NCBI GenBank assembly: GCA_900088475.1
Contig: FLMG01001570.1
Coordinates: forward strand, 186,001-250,000
DNA length: 64,000 bases
DNA from: Hyphochytrium catenoides
Taxonomy: Eukaryota > Protista > Hyphochytriomycota
Reading direction: 5' to 3'
Shown here piece by piece: positions 11,401 through 23,104 of the stretch. The notes beneath the pieces are model-generated. The model had not been told where the DNA came from. It did no database searches and saw nothing but the letters and a program-made list of their open reading frames with translations. A program made the position numbers and the translations under genes. The stretch's first letter is position 1; each line of letters opens with the position of its first letter.

Positions 11401-12836
11401 GTTGAAGCAGAAGGATGGACGGTGAATGGTTGCTATCACACTAAGAACAACGGAGGACGTTCCAGTGGAATATCAGCTTAGCTCATCTAAGAATCAGGGG
11501 AAATTATCTTCCTAGTACTGACGTTGGCCAAGAGCTCTCTTGTGACAGTGTCTGCCCGTTCGGTTACGAATTCGCGGATCCTAAGAACAAAGTCTCGAAA
11601 CCGATCTGCCTTGTTCCGATCACCACTAGCCTCCGCGTTTGCCTGGGCCTCTTGTAAGTCCCTCATGACCTATTCATAGAGCACACAGGGAAGGAGCTAA
11701 GCCGGAATTGCGGATAATCGGTCCCCGGAAAGCCTTATTAAGATTTGCAGATGACGCTGGACGGATGCTATGTGGAGCTTAAAGAAGTTGTTCTAAGGAC
11801 ACAGAAAGGCATGATTGCGGTCCCCATGTTGAGGATGGCAGCGCAGTCAAGCCAGGATCACCGGTTCCAAAAGCCTGGCCCCAAAGGGGACTTCCCTTTC
11901 ATGGCTCTCCATCTCTTGTTTTGCTTGGAGCTGCTTGCCTTCATCTCTCCCCTTCCACGCTACTTACCTCGTCTATCGTCTCATAGGCCCGGAAAAAGTG
12001 ATCAAGGTTGCTAATCGGTTCAGCCATCCAGGTGCTTAGGAAGGAGTTCAGCTCGGCTTCTGCCTCAGGATTGGGCTTTAAACTACATGACATATAGCGG
12101 TTCCACTAGAAAGGGAAGAAAGTTGAATGGCAGTAGATTAGCCGCTAGGTAGCGAACAAGACGGAAGCCATCAGCGACCTCAACGGCAAGCAAGACATTG
12201 AGTTACAGGACATAAAGAGGCAGGAAGGGAGCACGGACCAAACACGAGGAGGGAGTAGAGACTCTTTCAACGTGCGAGGAAAGAGGAGAAACGAAGTTGC
12301 GGGCGTCCGGACCATGAGCACAGAGCGGGGGAAGGTATCCTTACCTCACGATCTGAAGCTTCTTTATCCTCTATCTTCCCTAGAATTTCGTCATTAGCCT
12401 GTGTTTCCTTTAGTAAACTGTCAAAGTCCTCCTTTAACCGCTCCAGCTCTGCTGCGCGGATCCTTCTTTCCTCCTCTCGCTGCTTCTCTTCCAACTCCTT
12501 CTGGATCCTCTCCTTCTCAATCCGCTGCTTTTCCGCCTCTATAGGAGGTTAAGCCAAGATAAGGCTAAAGCTGACGCAGAGCTCCTAATTATGGTCAACA
12601 CACATACCTTCCGCGGCCTTCCTATCTTCCTCCTCTTTCTTCTTTCTCTCTTGAGTAGCAGAAATGTCAGTCAAGGAGTCCTGGGAATGCAAAGCTGAGA
12701 CCTGCAGTGCCATAGGCTGCTTACCTTCCTCAGTAGGCTGCTTTGCTTTCTTGCTTTTTGGACCCTATGAACAAATGATGAGGAATGGAGAGTCTAAGAC
12801 TTTAGCTCTAGCCAGATCACATTCCGGTCATACCAT
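8473..12836 (-). CDS. DNAI7: Dynein axonemal intermediate chain 7 (CASC1/Las1/IC97 family), ~15 exons
   Basis: Spliced product M|GPKSKKAKQ, a K/E-rich coil, WNRYMSCSLKPNPEAEAELNSFLSTW, GVWINSTGKGFRLKKIAFEGLGISVDLP, LMSVPPPPWKIKGWTMRE, VGWWNA|ASQMWDQ, SPGELIR|RLKASGVNLQP, ending LLRMVRPASFG. These match the CASC1 N- and C-terminal motifs; all introns GT-AG and in frame. Confidence 0.88.
10202..10304. repeat. 23-bp direct repeat duplicating a DNAI7 3' splice site
   Basis: atctgtgacgcctgaagagagag at 10202-10224 and 10282-10304. Confidence 0.95.
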
Positions 12837-13603
12837 CTTCTCGATTAGCCTAGTGGACTATTGAAACAACCTGCTCTGGACTGGTATAACGTTCGATAGT
12901 GCTTCAACTCTGCGTCCCTTGCATGCCTCCTGGGCCACGAAGCCAGGTCAGCAGCTAGCTTTGTGGTCAAACGCAGAGTTCAGAGCTTTCGCCGCTGCTG
13001 CTGCTGCCTTCAGGATCAAGGACTTCAGCCCCAGATGCTTGAACTGCCAAGCGTGCTCTACGATGGCAAGAGCTAGCAGATGCGGAAGAAAGGCTAGCAG
13101 TGCAAGAGAGGCGAGGTCATCGAGAGGCAGAGGAGGAGAGATGAGAGAGCACGGAGGCGACGACAAGATGAAGAGTGCTTGTTATGTCCTTTCGAAAGGT
13201 CCTGGAGGAGCCCTGGACTGATGGCTGCTAAGCCGCTAACACTCATATACAGGATTAGTAATATTATGAACATAAGAGAGGCAGGAGCAAGGATTCTCTT
13301 ATAGTAATAGGTTCAGCTGGGCAGTAACGGTTCAAAGAGATTATCGGCCGATGCGGCAGCGTTGGGAGAGGCCCGACGGCACAGGACCCTGAACCGACCA
13401 AGGACCAAGCGCCGCAGATGAGTGGACAGATGCTGAGCTTCAAAATTGAGGAGAGCCCACTACTTCTATCAGTTGACTGCCGTCTTGAAGCGCTCGAGAC
13501 GCATCCAAATTACTCTTTGGGCCACGTGGAAGGTGAAAGCTCGCGATTAGAGCTAAATCAGTGACCCCACTTTCCCTGTGATTGTTCCCACCCCTGCACC
13601 AAC

Positions 13604-13883
13604 ATGGAGGTCAATAGAATATTCTCTGCGGAGCAAATTGTCGTGCCACCTGAGCTCCCGGAGATTCTGAAGGAGTACTCAAAGGCCGTTATTCGAGCAA
13701 AGCCTCAGGACATCGTCGCTTTTTCAGCCGAGTACTTCCAGAAGAAGCTGGAAGACAGTTCGACAGGTAACCGACCTCACAACAGGACTATGCCAGATGC
13801 CTTTAGCTGCATCTAATAATGCAACTGCTTGTCTTATCACAGCATCTAAGGACGAAACACGTGAAGCGCATCCTGCAAACTAA
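13604..13883 (+). CDS. Small RIIa (PKA dimerisation/docking-type) domain protein, ropporin/radial-spoke-like
   Basis: MEVNRIFSAEQIVVPPELPEILKEYSKAVIRAKPQDIVAFSAEYF is the RIIa signature; intron 13767-13842 gives the C-terminus ASKDETREAHPAN*. Confidence 0.88.
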
Positions 13884-14129
13884 CAAGCGCGTTGGAGGCG
13901 ATATCTCTTATATATTGATATGCCCGGTGACGGGACATAAGTGTATAGCACAGCAGGGATTTGTGCCAATGGGACGATTATATACCCTTACAAGCGTGTC
14001 GTGAGTGACATCATGATAGTCATACAAAGTTCTTAGAGCAGCGCTCCAGAAGCTCCAGAGGAGCATTTGAGGGCCTTGTTCGGGTAGAGTACGCGCTTTG
14101 CTACCTGGACCTCTTGGGAGGGTTAACAT

Positions 14130-15071
14130 TCAGCTTGAGAAGGTGTTCTTCATAGCTCTTGCTACCAGGTCTTCATCAATGTTATGCACCCAATCTGAAG
14201 CGTTGAAGGGACTTTACTTTTAGTTGAGAAACGCCAGCAGTTAGAGTGAAGAAGGTAGAGCATGTACCTGGTACAGTGGAGGTAGATATTGAAATAGACC
14301 TCATTGTACGCTGGATGGCCTGCAAGTGGTCTAGGGAGCGAGTCCGTCTTAGTAAACACATTTACAGTCTGATAGGCACCCGGCTCTTACCCTCTGGAAT
14401 AGGTGATATTGGCCGTGCGTCAGAAACAGTCTGGCTTACTAAGTCTTCGTTTTCATCTATCATCTCGTCTTCCTCACCCGTTCCACCGCGTCGAATCTCC
14501 TTAAGAAACTCTTGAGAGGGAGTGATTTCGCCTGCGCCAATACGTCAGGAAAGCCGCATCAAGGAGAGAGGAGGTAGAGCGATTGTGGCTTACCATCATG
14601 AGTGACTGGCAATCGTCCTTCAGCAGCTGCCAAACACGCTTCATATTCATCTTGCAGACGGGCCAAAGCTTTATCTGCTAGGGTTTCATCCTCGTCGTAG
14701 TCAGCCTGAAACTCCTCCTCGTTGTTGTTAGCTAACGAATCTGCTACAATCTCGGGGCTGAGCGGCGCGTGCCGTAGCTCTACAAAGCCATGATAGCCAT
14801 ACCCATTTTCCTCATCCGACCCCTCCGATTCCTCGAGCGCTGCAAACTCATGCAAAGAGCCCAGGTCTGGGATATGTTCGTGATGGTGTCCGGCAGCGTC
14901 TGCTACGTCCTGTATTGGCGCTATGAGCACGGCACAGTCAGATGAGTGCCCAACACTGTCTGGCGTGAGGTCGAAGACCTCTCTCTCTATGTAAAGACTA
15001 CGTTCCACTTCGTCATCACTCTTGGAACTCTGAGACGACGAGCTTTCTAAAGATCCCACTATATTGTCCAT
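14130..15071 (-). CDS. Male-enhanced antigen 1 (MEA1)-like acidic protein, 4 exons
   Basis: D/E-rich N-terminus; spliced C-terminus SPIPE|DHLQAIQRTMRSISISTSTVP|DWVHNIDEDLVARAMK resembles the MEA1 C-terminal motif (H..V.RTM..VSLP...VP.WA..I). Confidence 0.6.
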
Positions 15072-16693
15072 GGGCACCGAGGGATGTTGCGACGATTTGA
15101 TAGCTTGATTCCAAGAATTAGCTGGAGTGGCTCCTTATTTTACACGGACCATGTCCATCCTCATCTAGGCCACTAATGCACTGTGAAGCAAGCAAAAGCC
15201 AGGTGCAATCGCACGAAAGGGCAGCTGTTGGCTCTACAGTAGCGTCGAGTTGGCCGGACAAAGCTATCTGCACGATGATCCTTTCCCTTTTCTCTAGTAA
15301 GGCACAAGATTGATATCCTCTCCTGGAGGCTTATTGCGTTGTTAGCGGGCGGTGTCCTGCACTTCCTCTGTAGCTCCATCGCGCCTGTGCCTGTCTATGG
15401 CGCTTGTTGGCCCGACAGAAATCTACTTTCAGTGTAAACAGAACACAGATCCGCTCTTCTCTGTGTCTTCAGCTTTCCAATGGAAACTTACAGAGAGGGA
15501 ACGAACCTTTCTTTCCAAAGATATCGTGCATTAAAAAGGACTGAGGTATGGAGAAACTTATGTGAATATTTCGCGACTTGAAGTGACAGGGCAGGAACCA
15601 AGCTCCCCAAAGGACAGATGTAGAATTGTTCTCAGAAACTGCACAGAGCTGCTTGTTTGAGGGGATTATTATTCAGTTCATCGTCGGCTATTATCTTGAT
15701 GTTCGACGGTCGATGCAGGAGAACTCCTGTCTGGGCCGCAGGCCGCGAAGAAGATTTGGTGATGATGAAACGCTGGTGTTGAGATGCAAGGATGTAAGTG
15801 TGCTGCTAGTAGTAGTTGTGGTCCTGCGCGTTATGAAGCTCTGTCTACTCTGGCTGTAGTAATGCAACAAAAAAGGACTGCTGACTGCTGAAGCTCCTGA
15901 CAACGGAAGGCTGGCAGCGATGCAATCTTGGAAAGAGTTGCGAGATTTCTGTGAGTCCTTGGTAGGTGTAGGAGCAATCAAGTGTTAGGGCACCGTAGCA
16001 GTAGTAGTAGTTCATCTGTGGTGGTGAGCCAAGACTCTGACAGGGGAGAAGAGGAATAAGGGAAGAGTAATAGTCAGCAACAGATGAACAGTAAGTGTGA
16101 CAAGAGTATCTTCCCACCGTTCAGGAGATCAGGATGATATACATTGTTCTTGAATCATTAACAAAGACTTGATAATATAATAACAGTGCTGATATTACGT
16201 TACCAAACAGAGATCATTGGATTCCCCCTTGAGCTTTAAAGAACGCTGTATCTAGCTGTAAGTTCTAAGATAATAGAACAGACACTGGGACCAAAGCCCA
16301 AAAGCTGCGCTGAGTAGAAGAGCTAACAATAATGGTTATGGGCCCACACGAGCCTTACTTCTTTTAGAAGCGAGCTGTATGATGTAGATGTCCTCTAGTG
16401 AGAAGAAGGACAATGGCTCGCAACAACAGGAGGAGGAGGAACAGCAGATTGAGTACTACCTCCATCCAGCAGGACTTCACTGCAGATATAACACCCGCAC
16501 TCGCCTCTATGGCCACTAAATCTTCACCTCCTGTAGTCGCAATAGAGCAATAATAAAACAGCAATAATATGGCCTGTATTATGGATCTGCGCGCTTCAAC
16601 TGCGCTTCATCATTGTCGAAAGGTGCCCCCTGATAAAGACTTGGATGATTGTGACAATCGGTCAGGGCCCGTTCTACGTCGTAGAACTATTTG

Positions 16694-16981
16694 GTACAGC
16701 TGTACAATGTACAAGGCTTTGACTTCATGATGACCCGCTCCTGACCCGATGATGGACCATCTTGTGATGACTTGCTGATTGACCTGGTGGACGACCTGCT
16801 GAAGACCTGGGCTGATTGAAGGACTCACAGAGGAGGGAAGACCCGGGGTGGACCCGTACGACCCAAGTTGCTTGACACAATGTCGTGAAGCTCGAAGCTT
16901 GTACGATGTACTCGTACTCGGCGTACACTCTCCAAATAGTTTGTGCGTTCGTGCAAAGGTAGTTCCTACGTGTACTGGTAC
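16694..16981. other. GTAC-dense non-coding block
   Basis: Ten GTAC tetramers at 16694, 16702, 16709, 16856, 16901, 16908, 16914, 16923, 16972 and 16978. Function unknown. Confidence 0.7.
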
Positions 16982-17208
16982 ATTTGGTAGGCAAGTGGCT
17001 CCGGGAGTAGGTCTGGAGGCCCTCGAGAACCGTTTTCCTTTTGGACGTTTATGATGATGAAATGATGAAGGCCCGCCCAAGGGATCGGCTTATGATCCTC
17101 ATCTTGACGCGGCAGCAGCGGCCAGCGGCCAGCCCCGAGCGTCGAAGAAGAAGAGTCTGAACTAACCAAGAGGGAGAGAAAGAAAAGAGTGAGACAAACA
17201 GACAGTCA

Positions 17209-17231
17209 AAGAGAGAGAGAGAGAGAGAGAG
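17209..17231. repeat. (AG)n microsatellite upstream of the ER lectin gene
   Basis: Visible agagag run. Confidence 0.9.
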
Positions 17232-17428
17232 GGACACCTGAGTCCATCGTCTGAAGTGCTGTTAACGTGCCCGCTCAAAGCGAATCCTCCGGAAGCTGGC
17301 ATCGGGCCCGTTCTGTCTTTGGGGAGAAGTGAATAGGTCCCACAGCGCATCCGACAGAGGATGAAGGAGGCTCCATTCTTTGACAAGTATTAGTAGCGAC
17401 GCTGATGTTACTATAGGAAGCCTACGAT

Positions 17429-18898
17429 ATGTTTCGTTGTACATCTCGACAAATGTCGGCCCTTACTGGGCTGCAAGGCCGACGATGTCTTTTGGCATTG
17501 TTGCTATTCTCCTGTTCTTACGTGGAGGGATTTTCCTTTTCAAGTCCAAAGACGGATGGACTTAACGTGAAGGAGCCTTCATACGTTATCAACCTGCATG
17601 CAAGTGCAGCTGAGTTTGAGGCAAAGTATCCTGGAATAACACTGTCTTCGGCTAGTATGCCCATGAGCACCAAGACAGGAGCTCAGTACCAATGCTACCT
17701 ACCCGATATTGGTTCTTCAACAAAGGAAGGAGATTCACTAGTTGACCGCAGCGAACATCAGCGTTTAAATGCCATCCATTTGACATCCACCCAAAAGCGG
17801 AGACTACTGCTAGAGGCTGCTGCAGCCGTCGGCATCAGAGAAGAACCAACTCCGCCTTGTCTCATCTTTCGTGCTGGGTATTGGGCCTATGAGGTCTGTC
17901 CCTCAAACTATGTTCGGATGTTTCACATATCAGACAATAGCGAGGACCCTCAGCGATTGCTGGGATCTTATAGTAGGCTGCAGGACGACTTCAAGCCGCT
18001 TTTCGCTGAACACCTTGAACGCTTGCAGAAAGAAGGCGTAGAAGGTGTCGAAGAGATACCAGCTGTTGCCTATACTCAAAATTTCGTTGGAGGAGATGGT
18101 GATAGCGCCAAGGTTCAGTATATCTGCAGCCGCAGCTCTGATGCGCTAATACATGTCACTGGGGATCCTGAGGGCCAAATAGCGGCGGATCTTTCGTTAA
18201 ATCCAACGTTCCTGGTCACGAGTCCATCTATTTGCTCGGTCGACTGGAGTATTAAAGCTGCCGGTACACCGGCTGGGCTGGTTGCTGACGTCAAGAAATA
18301 TCTAGAACCACTTCTAGAGTCCGAGACCTGTGTAAAAAAGACCGAAGGATGGTGGACTTATGAAGTGTGCCTTGGCCGGTACATCCGGCAATTTCATCGT
18401 AATTCTGATGGCATCATCTCCTCAGAGTACGTACTGGGCGAATTTGATGAAGCAACCAACGATGAGATGGCTAAATCTGGCAGTGCTATCAGTGTGGAAA
18501 CGTGGGTTGCAACTGGGCAGGAGCATTCGCATCGTGTCTACGTAGAAAAATACTCAGGAGGGACCCATTGCTCAGAGACACAAGTCCCACGATCTACCAA
18601 ACTACTACTTTTCTGCGCCCACGGAAACCACCACTACATACTATCAGTCAAGGAGGAGAAGACTTGCACCTACACAGTGCATCTCGCCACTCCGCTGCTT
18701 TGTGCACATTCTGCATTCCACTCCAACCGCAAAGCGAAGGAGTCACAGCCTCCGCTAGCTGTACATTGCGTGCCGACCATCCCTAAAGGGGGAAGTGCCT
18801 CGAAGATAGATCAAACAGAGCTAGATGCGATAGATCTCGTCTCAGAAGTAGAGGTGGATGAGTTGCCCCATATCACGACCAAAAGAGTTACCCATTAG
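17429..18898 (+). CDS. ER lectin of the OS-9/erlectin (XTP3-B/ERLEC1) family with two MRH domains, intronless
   Basis: Signal peptide (probable start Met at 17453), QYQCYLP, two MRH repeats CLIFRAGYWAYEVCPSNYVRMFH and CVKKTEGWWTYEVCLGRYIRQFH, YSGGTHC, SVKEEKTCTY...TPLLCAH. Confidence 0.9.
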   Translation: MFRCTSRQMSALTGLQGRRCLLALLLFSCSYVEGFSFSSPKTDGLNVKEPSYVINLHASAAEFEAKYPGITLSSASMPMSTKTGAQYQCYLPDIGSSTKEGDSLVDRSEHQRLNAIHLTSTQKRRLLLEAAAAVGIREEPTPPCLIFRAGYWAYEVCPSNYVRMFHISDNSEDPQRLLGSYSRLQDDFKPLFAEHLERLQKEGVEGVEEIPAVAYTQNFVGGDGDSAKVQYICSRSSDALIHVTGDPEGQIAADLSLNPTFLVTSPSICSVDWSIKAAGTPAGLVADVKKYLEPLLESETCVKKTEGWWTYEVCLGRYIRQFHRNSDGIISSEYVLGEFDEATNDEMAKSGSAISVETWVATGQEHSHRVYVEKYSGGTHCSETQVPRSTKLLLFCAHGNHHYILSVKEEKTCTYTVHLATPLLCAHSAFHSNRKAKESQPPLAVHCVPTIPKGGSASKIDQTELDAIDLVSEVEVDELPHITTKRVTH

Positions 18899-19733
18899 AA
18901 AGTAAATCTAGGCTCATTTATGAGTGCGGTGAGAAGCTTCAGGATGCTCGCTTAGGGGTGCTTGTATGGACAGGTGTTCTCTTTGCTAGGAGTGGTTCTG
19001 AAGTCTGAACGGTAGGGGCAACGGACAACCTTCACTTCAGCTAGCCAACAATAGTAAAATAAGACTGGTAGAACTAATGGCTTGGTTAGCCAGGGACAGA
19101 GCTTGCTGAAAGGTGAAACATCGGCCTTGTTGTAGCGCGCAACTAGCGGAACAGCGCAAAGGGTTATTTATAAGTACAGCAAGTACCAAGAGACAACACT
19201 CCAGGGATTTAGGACTGCAATCTGAAGTAACTATCTTCTCGAAAGATTGACAAGACGTGACCAACTTATGTAATTATTTACTTGTACAACTACTTCTGCC
19301 TTGTTGTGGAGTAATTAGTTAGGAAGCTAGTTCTAGGATTACGATGGCCCAAGACACACACACACACGATAACAACAACGTGTGATCCAGGTTATGAATC
19401 TGCTTCGATGGCGTTTAGGATACTGCTTTATATACCTTTACCGGCTATATTCCTGCTCGAGAATTAAAGAGGAACTGACTAGTTCAGCTTGTATTCTAAA
19501 TCCCTCAATATGATGAGGTCTGCATGATAAACAGCGAAGCGATCTATTGGGCTCCCGCCGCTGAAGTGTCAAGCTTCAAAGGTGGAGCTAAGCCATAGAG
19601 TTTGGGGTCTGCACCATCTCTAAGTAAAGACGTAAGTAGAAGCTTCAGATCTTCTTATTGGGCCGGGCTGACAGCTCAAAGAGCATATTATCAGACTGCA
19701 ATAATAGGCCGGCTAGAGCTTAGATAGGTCAAG

Positions 19734-21289
19734 ATGCTCAGCAGGTTAGCCAGGGTTCCCAAGCCCACTCTGCTGAAAGTGGCGCAGGGCCCCACTCGCC
19801 CTGGATATGTGGCAGTGATCAGGGGAAAGTCCACCGGTAAGGATATTTGCCACATTTGTCCTCCAATAGGGCTGTAAAACTTATGCAGAGCTCCAGTTGC
19901 CAAATCAAGCAAAGATGAGGAAAAGAAGCCTCTTAGCCCTTCTTTCGCGGAGAAGTATCACCTCAACGACTGGAGAATTGCCGTACCTCTTGGTCTCTTC
20001 GTTGGCGTTCCTGCTCTTCGTAACGATGTGAGTTCAGCAACGTTATCTGAATGACGATATGCACCAGGCTGAACCGTGATTGATTTTAGATCTACGTTTT
20101 GAATGAAGAATCCCAGCTGGCCATTTGCTTCGTGCTCTTTGTAGGAGCAGGTTATAAGTTTCTCCATAAGCAGCTCGACGCTTTCATCCAGGAAAAAAGA
20201 GCAGAAGAACTTCGGTGAGAAGCTGTGGTGCGTCCTCCCGTCACATTATTCGAGTTAACTAACCTATTACACATAAAGCGCCGTAAATGAGGCCGAGGAC
20301 TACCACATCCAGCGCCTTGAGGAGGCGATCGAGCAATATAAGAGCATTGGCGCCTTTGAAAAGGTAGAGAGTGTCTGCCTCGGCTAGACTTAGATGCTTC
20401 TCACAACCTTTACCTCTGAAGGATGTCGTTGCTATCAACGAAGATATGAAGGCTTTCGTCGAGGACTGTGCAACTTTGGTCAACACCAAGTCCAAGCATC
20501 TTCTCAGGGATTACTTCGTACAAAGGATGGACACCGTCATCCAGCTGGAAGCCAGAACCGCCAGAGCCAGAGAAGCCGCAATGATCCGAGAAGGCACTAA
20601 GAGGACGATGGAGACTTTCCTAAGTGCCAAACGTGAAGGAAGCAGCCTCAGTGACGACTATTTCAAGCAGGTGTGGAGGAGTTGTCGTATGTTCGTCACT
20701 ACTCATATGGCCATTGACAAAGACACCCTAGGCTCTGGCAGTGCTTGAGAACCCAGAGTCTGAGATTGAGGATCCTGTTGCGGAAGTCTTCACTAAGCAT
20801 TGCGTGCAGTACCTGTAAGTTTATTGGGAGGAGAGAAAAAGCACCGACTTTGCCGTCTCAGTTCGGCGCCCCTAATCTCTGGTTGTGGCTACTAGGGAGG
20901 AGTTCGACAAAAAGTTCTCCGGCGACATCCAGCTCGACCCCGAAACCCGCCAAAGGCTGCAGGAGAAATCAGATGTAAGTCTTATCCTATGCAAGACGTG
21001 TGAACTGCTTTTAATTGTTCATTACTTTCGGCCTCGAAATGGCTATCAGGGTTGTCTTCCTATCAGGGTTGTCCTCCAAAACTTCCCTGCACCTTTCAAC
21101 TTGCCCATAATCTCTTCTTTTACTTTGTTTCTGTCGTCACCTTCCTGGCACAATAACCCAATGCCGTGCTCCTATTGTCTCTGCTGTCATCAGGCTAGTT
21201 CAAAAAGGTGGAACTACGCGGGCCAGAGAGTTGTTATTCCTGAAACTTGGAATGTGAACAGAGTCCCATGGGAGCTCTTCAAGCCGTAA
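19734..21289 (+). CDS. ATP4: Mitochondrial F0 ATP synthase subunit b, 8 exons
   Basis: Basic presequence MLSRLARVPKPTLLKVAQ, then DWRIAVPLGLFVGVPALRND|IYVLNEESQLAICFVLFVG (two TM segments flanking the subunit-b YVLNEE motif), then a long helical stalk ending VPWELFKP*. Confidence 0.8.
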
Positions 21290-21770
21290 ATCACCTTAGT
21301 GGTGATGTGTATGCTCGTCATACAGCAATGAGAGTGGCAGTCGGATGCCGTAGTGTAGTCAGAATTGAGCCTCAGTAGGTGGAAGAATAGGCTGGGTTTG
21401 AAGCTGGGCTTTTATCGATAGCTCCGTCGTTATGGTGCGAATCCGCCATCTGGATGCGCGCCGAAGACTAGACACTAGTGCTTAACTAGGATCAACGAGA
21501 TGGACTTCCAGCTTGTCTCTTTTCCATTCTCATCATCCTCTAACGAGTTCTGATAGAGTCATCTGTGACCACATAAGCATTACACTGTTTGCGCTCAATC
21601 TACTCGGATAAACCTTCTTGAATTGACGAACTCAGAAGAAAAGGTACTAGGACCCTTCATCTTTGGCAGCTATACCTCCCCATACTTAGTTCTACTGTCG
21701 TGAACGGGGGAACCTCGAGTTAGTAGGCCATAGTTCTAATTTACCTTTCTCATTCCTCTCACTTTAGCTG

Positions 21771-22542
21771 TTAGAATCTCTTTGACTTACTAAAGCCTGT
21801 AGCAGGGCCTGTTCTAAAGCCAGTGGCGTCCAAATTGTAGATTGGTCCAGGACTAGACGAGCTTCGAGACTTAGCTTTTAACCTCTTTTCACTGCCAAAG
21901 GAAAAGCCTTTGTTCAAGCTCCCTACTGTGGACATAACCTCCGTAGTTGGCCCTGGAGTGTCATTCTTGGGATTAATATCCCCTCGCGCAGAGATCCCGA
22001 AGCCGATGGCAGGGGCGTTGGAGCCTCCTACGGTGGTGGGAAGGTTGTACACCGGCCCCGGACTTGGCGTCTTTTGACCAGTAGCCGACATCCTTTCGGC
22101 CATACAAAATTTTATGGTTGGTGAGGTCCTTTTCTCTGAAGTGGGCTGTGTCGTGCAAGCAGTCACAGCTCTGTAGGCTCCCGGGCCTGAAGAAGATGTG
22201 AGTTAGAGTTCTATGAGAGTTGCTCTCCCAGCCTCTCATATTGACAGACCTGCTCCTCCTTCCGCTCTATTTGTGGGGCTCCTTCCCGCTGTTCCGAAGC
22301 CAAATCCACCATTTGTCATTGTTGATGGTAAGAGATACATTGCATCTGAACAAAGTGAGGCTGAGCTTCGACCCATCCGTTGCAAAGACAATCAAGACCG
22401 GCTATTCTCCATTACCTGTGCTGCTGCTTCGACCCAGCTCCGAGAACCTCTGTTGCGTTGTAAAGGGAGTCGCATGGGCATCGTGTGTCCCATTCTTAGT
22501 TGGGGAGAAGACCGCAGGGAGTTTGTTTGGAGAATATGGCAT
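21771..22542 (-). CDS. SHIPPO-repeat (ODF3/STPG-like) ciliary microtubule-associated protein, 3 exons
   Basis: Repeats GPGAY, TPSPGPVYNLP, DTPGP, SPGPIYNL interleaved with FGFG/FSFG; introns 22346-22415 and 22187-22249. Confidence 0.85.
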
Positions 22543-23015
22543 GATTTCGACCTGGTGATGAACTATTGTGACCAACAGAATGAGCTTCTCATACTCTATA
22601 GCAAGTGCTGAGAACCTCCACTCCCGCCACCAACAAGAGTTACCTCGGAGGGAGCGCGAAGAGAGACACCGTCCCCTTACTGCTACGTCGGCCTCCAATC
22701 ACCAACAACAAAGGTGCGGAGAAAACTCCAACAATTCTAAGGAGGAAGGTTAATAGAGGTTGTGAAGAGAGCACCCATCTTAGCGAGCTCTTCGCCGTTT
22801 GAGCCCGCGGGGCGTATCCTTGGTTTACTACTTGTACTGCACTGTCCATCCGTCTGGCTACCGATGGGGAAGGACTGATGAGGTTGGAGGAGGGAAGGAA
22901 AGACCTGGCCCATTATACAGCGGGGGAACGTGACAGGGACATACCATGGCAGACAGATCTATCAGGGGAATGGGAGCGAGAGAGAAGGAAAGAGGAAGAT
23001 TGATTGGGAGATGAC

Positions 23016-23104
23016 AGAGAGAGAGTGAGTGAGAGAGAGTGAGAGAGAGATCGAGAGTGAGAGGCGGAGAGAGCGAGAGCGAGCGAGAGAGAGAGAGAGA
23101 GAGA
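23016..23104. repeat. Imperfect (AG)n microsatellite
   Basis: Visible AG/GAGC run. Confidence 0.9.

Noticed and set aside
21043-21076. 17-nt tandem duplication in the last ATP4 intron (and an 18-nt one at about 34798-34833 in an XPO4 intron)
   Set aside because: Two-copy local duplications only; not CRISPR-like and no shared sequence between introns, so no evidence for introner elements.
22402-22415. Apparent premature TAG in the SHIPPO gene, and similar in-frame stops elsewhere, suggesting readthrough or an alternative genetic code
   Set aside because: All fall inside canonical introns; TAA, TAG and TGA are each used as true stops in conserved genes here.
22870-22910. CTGATGAG...GAAA hammerhead-like core
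   Set aside because: The intervening sequence is almost all purine and cannot form stem II.
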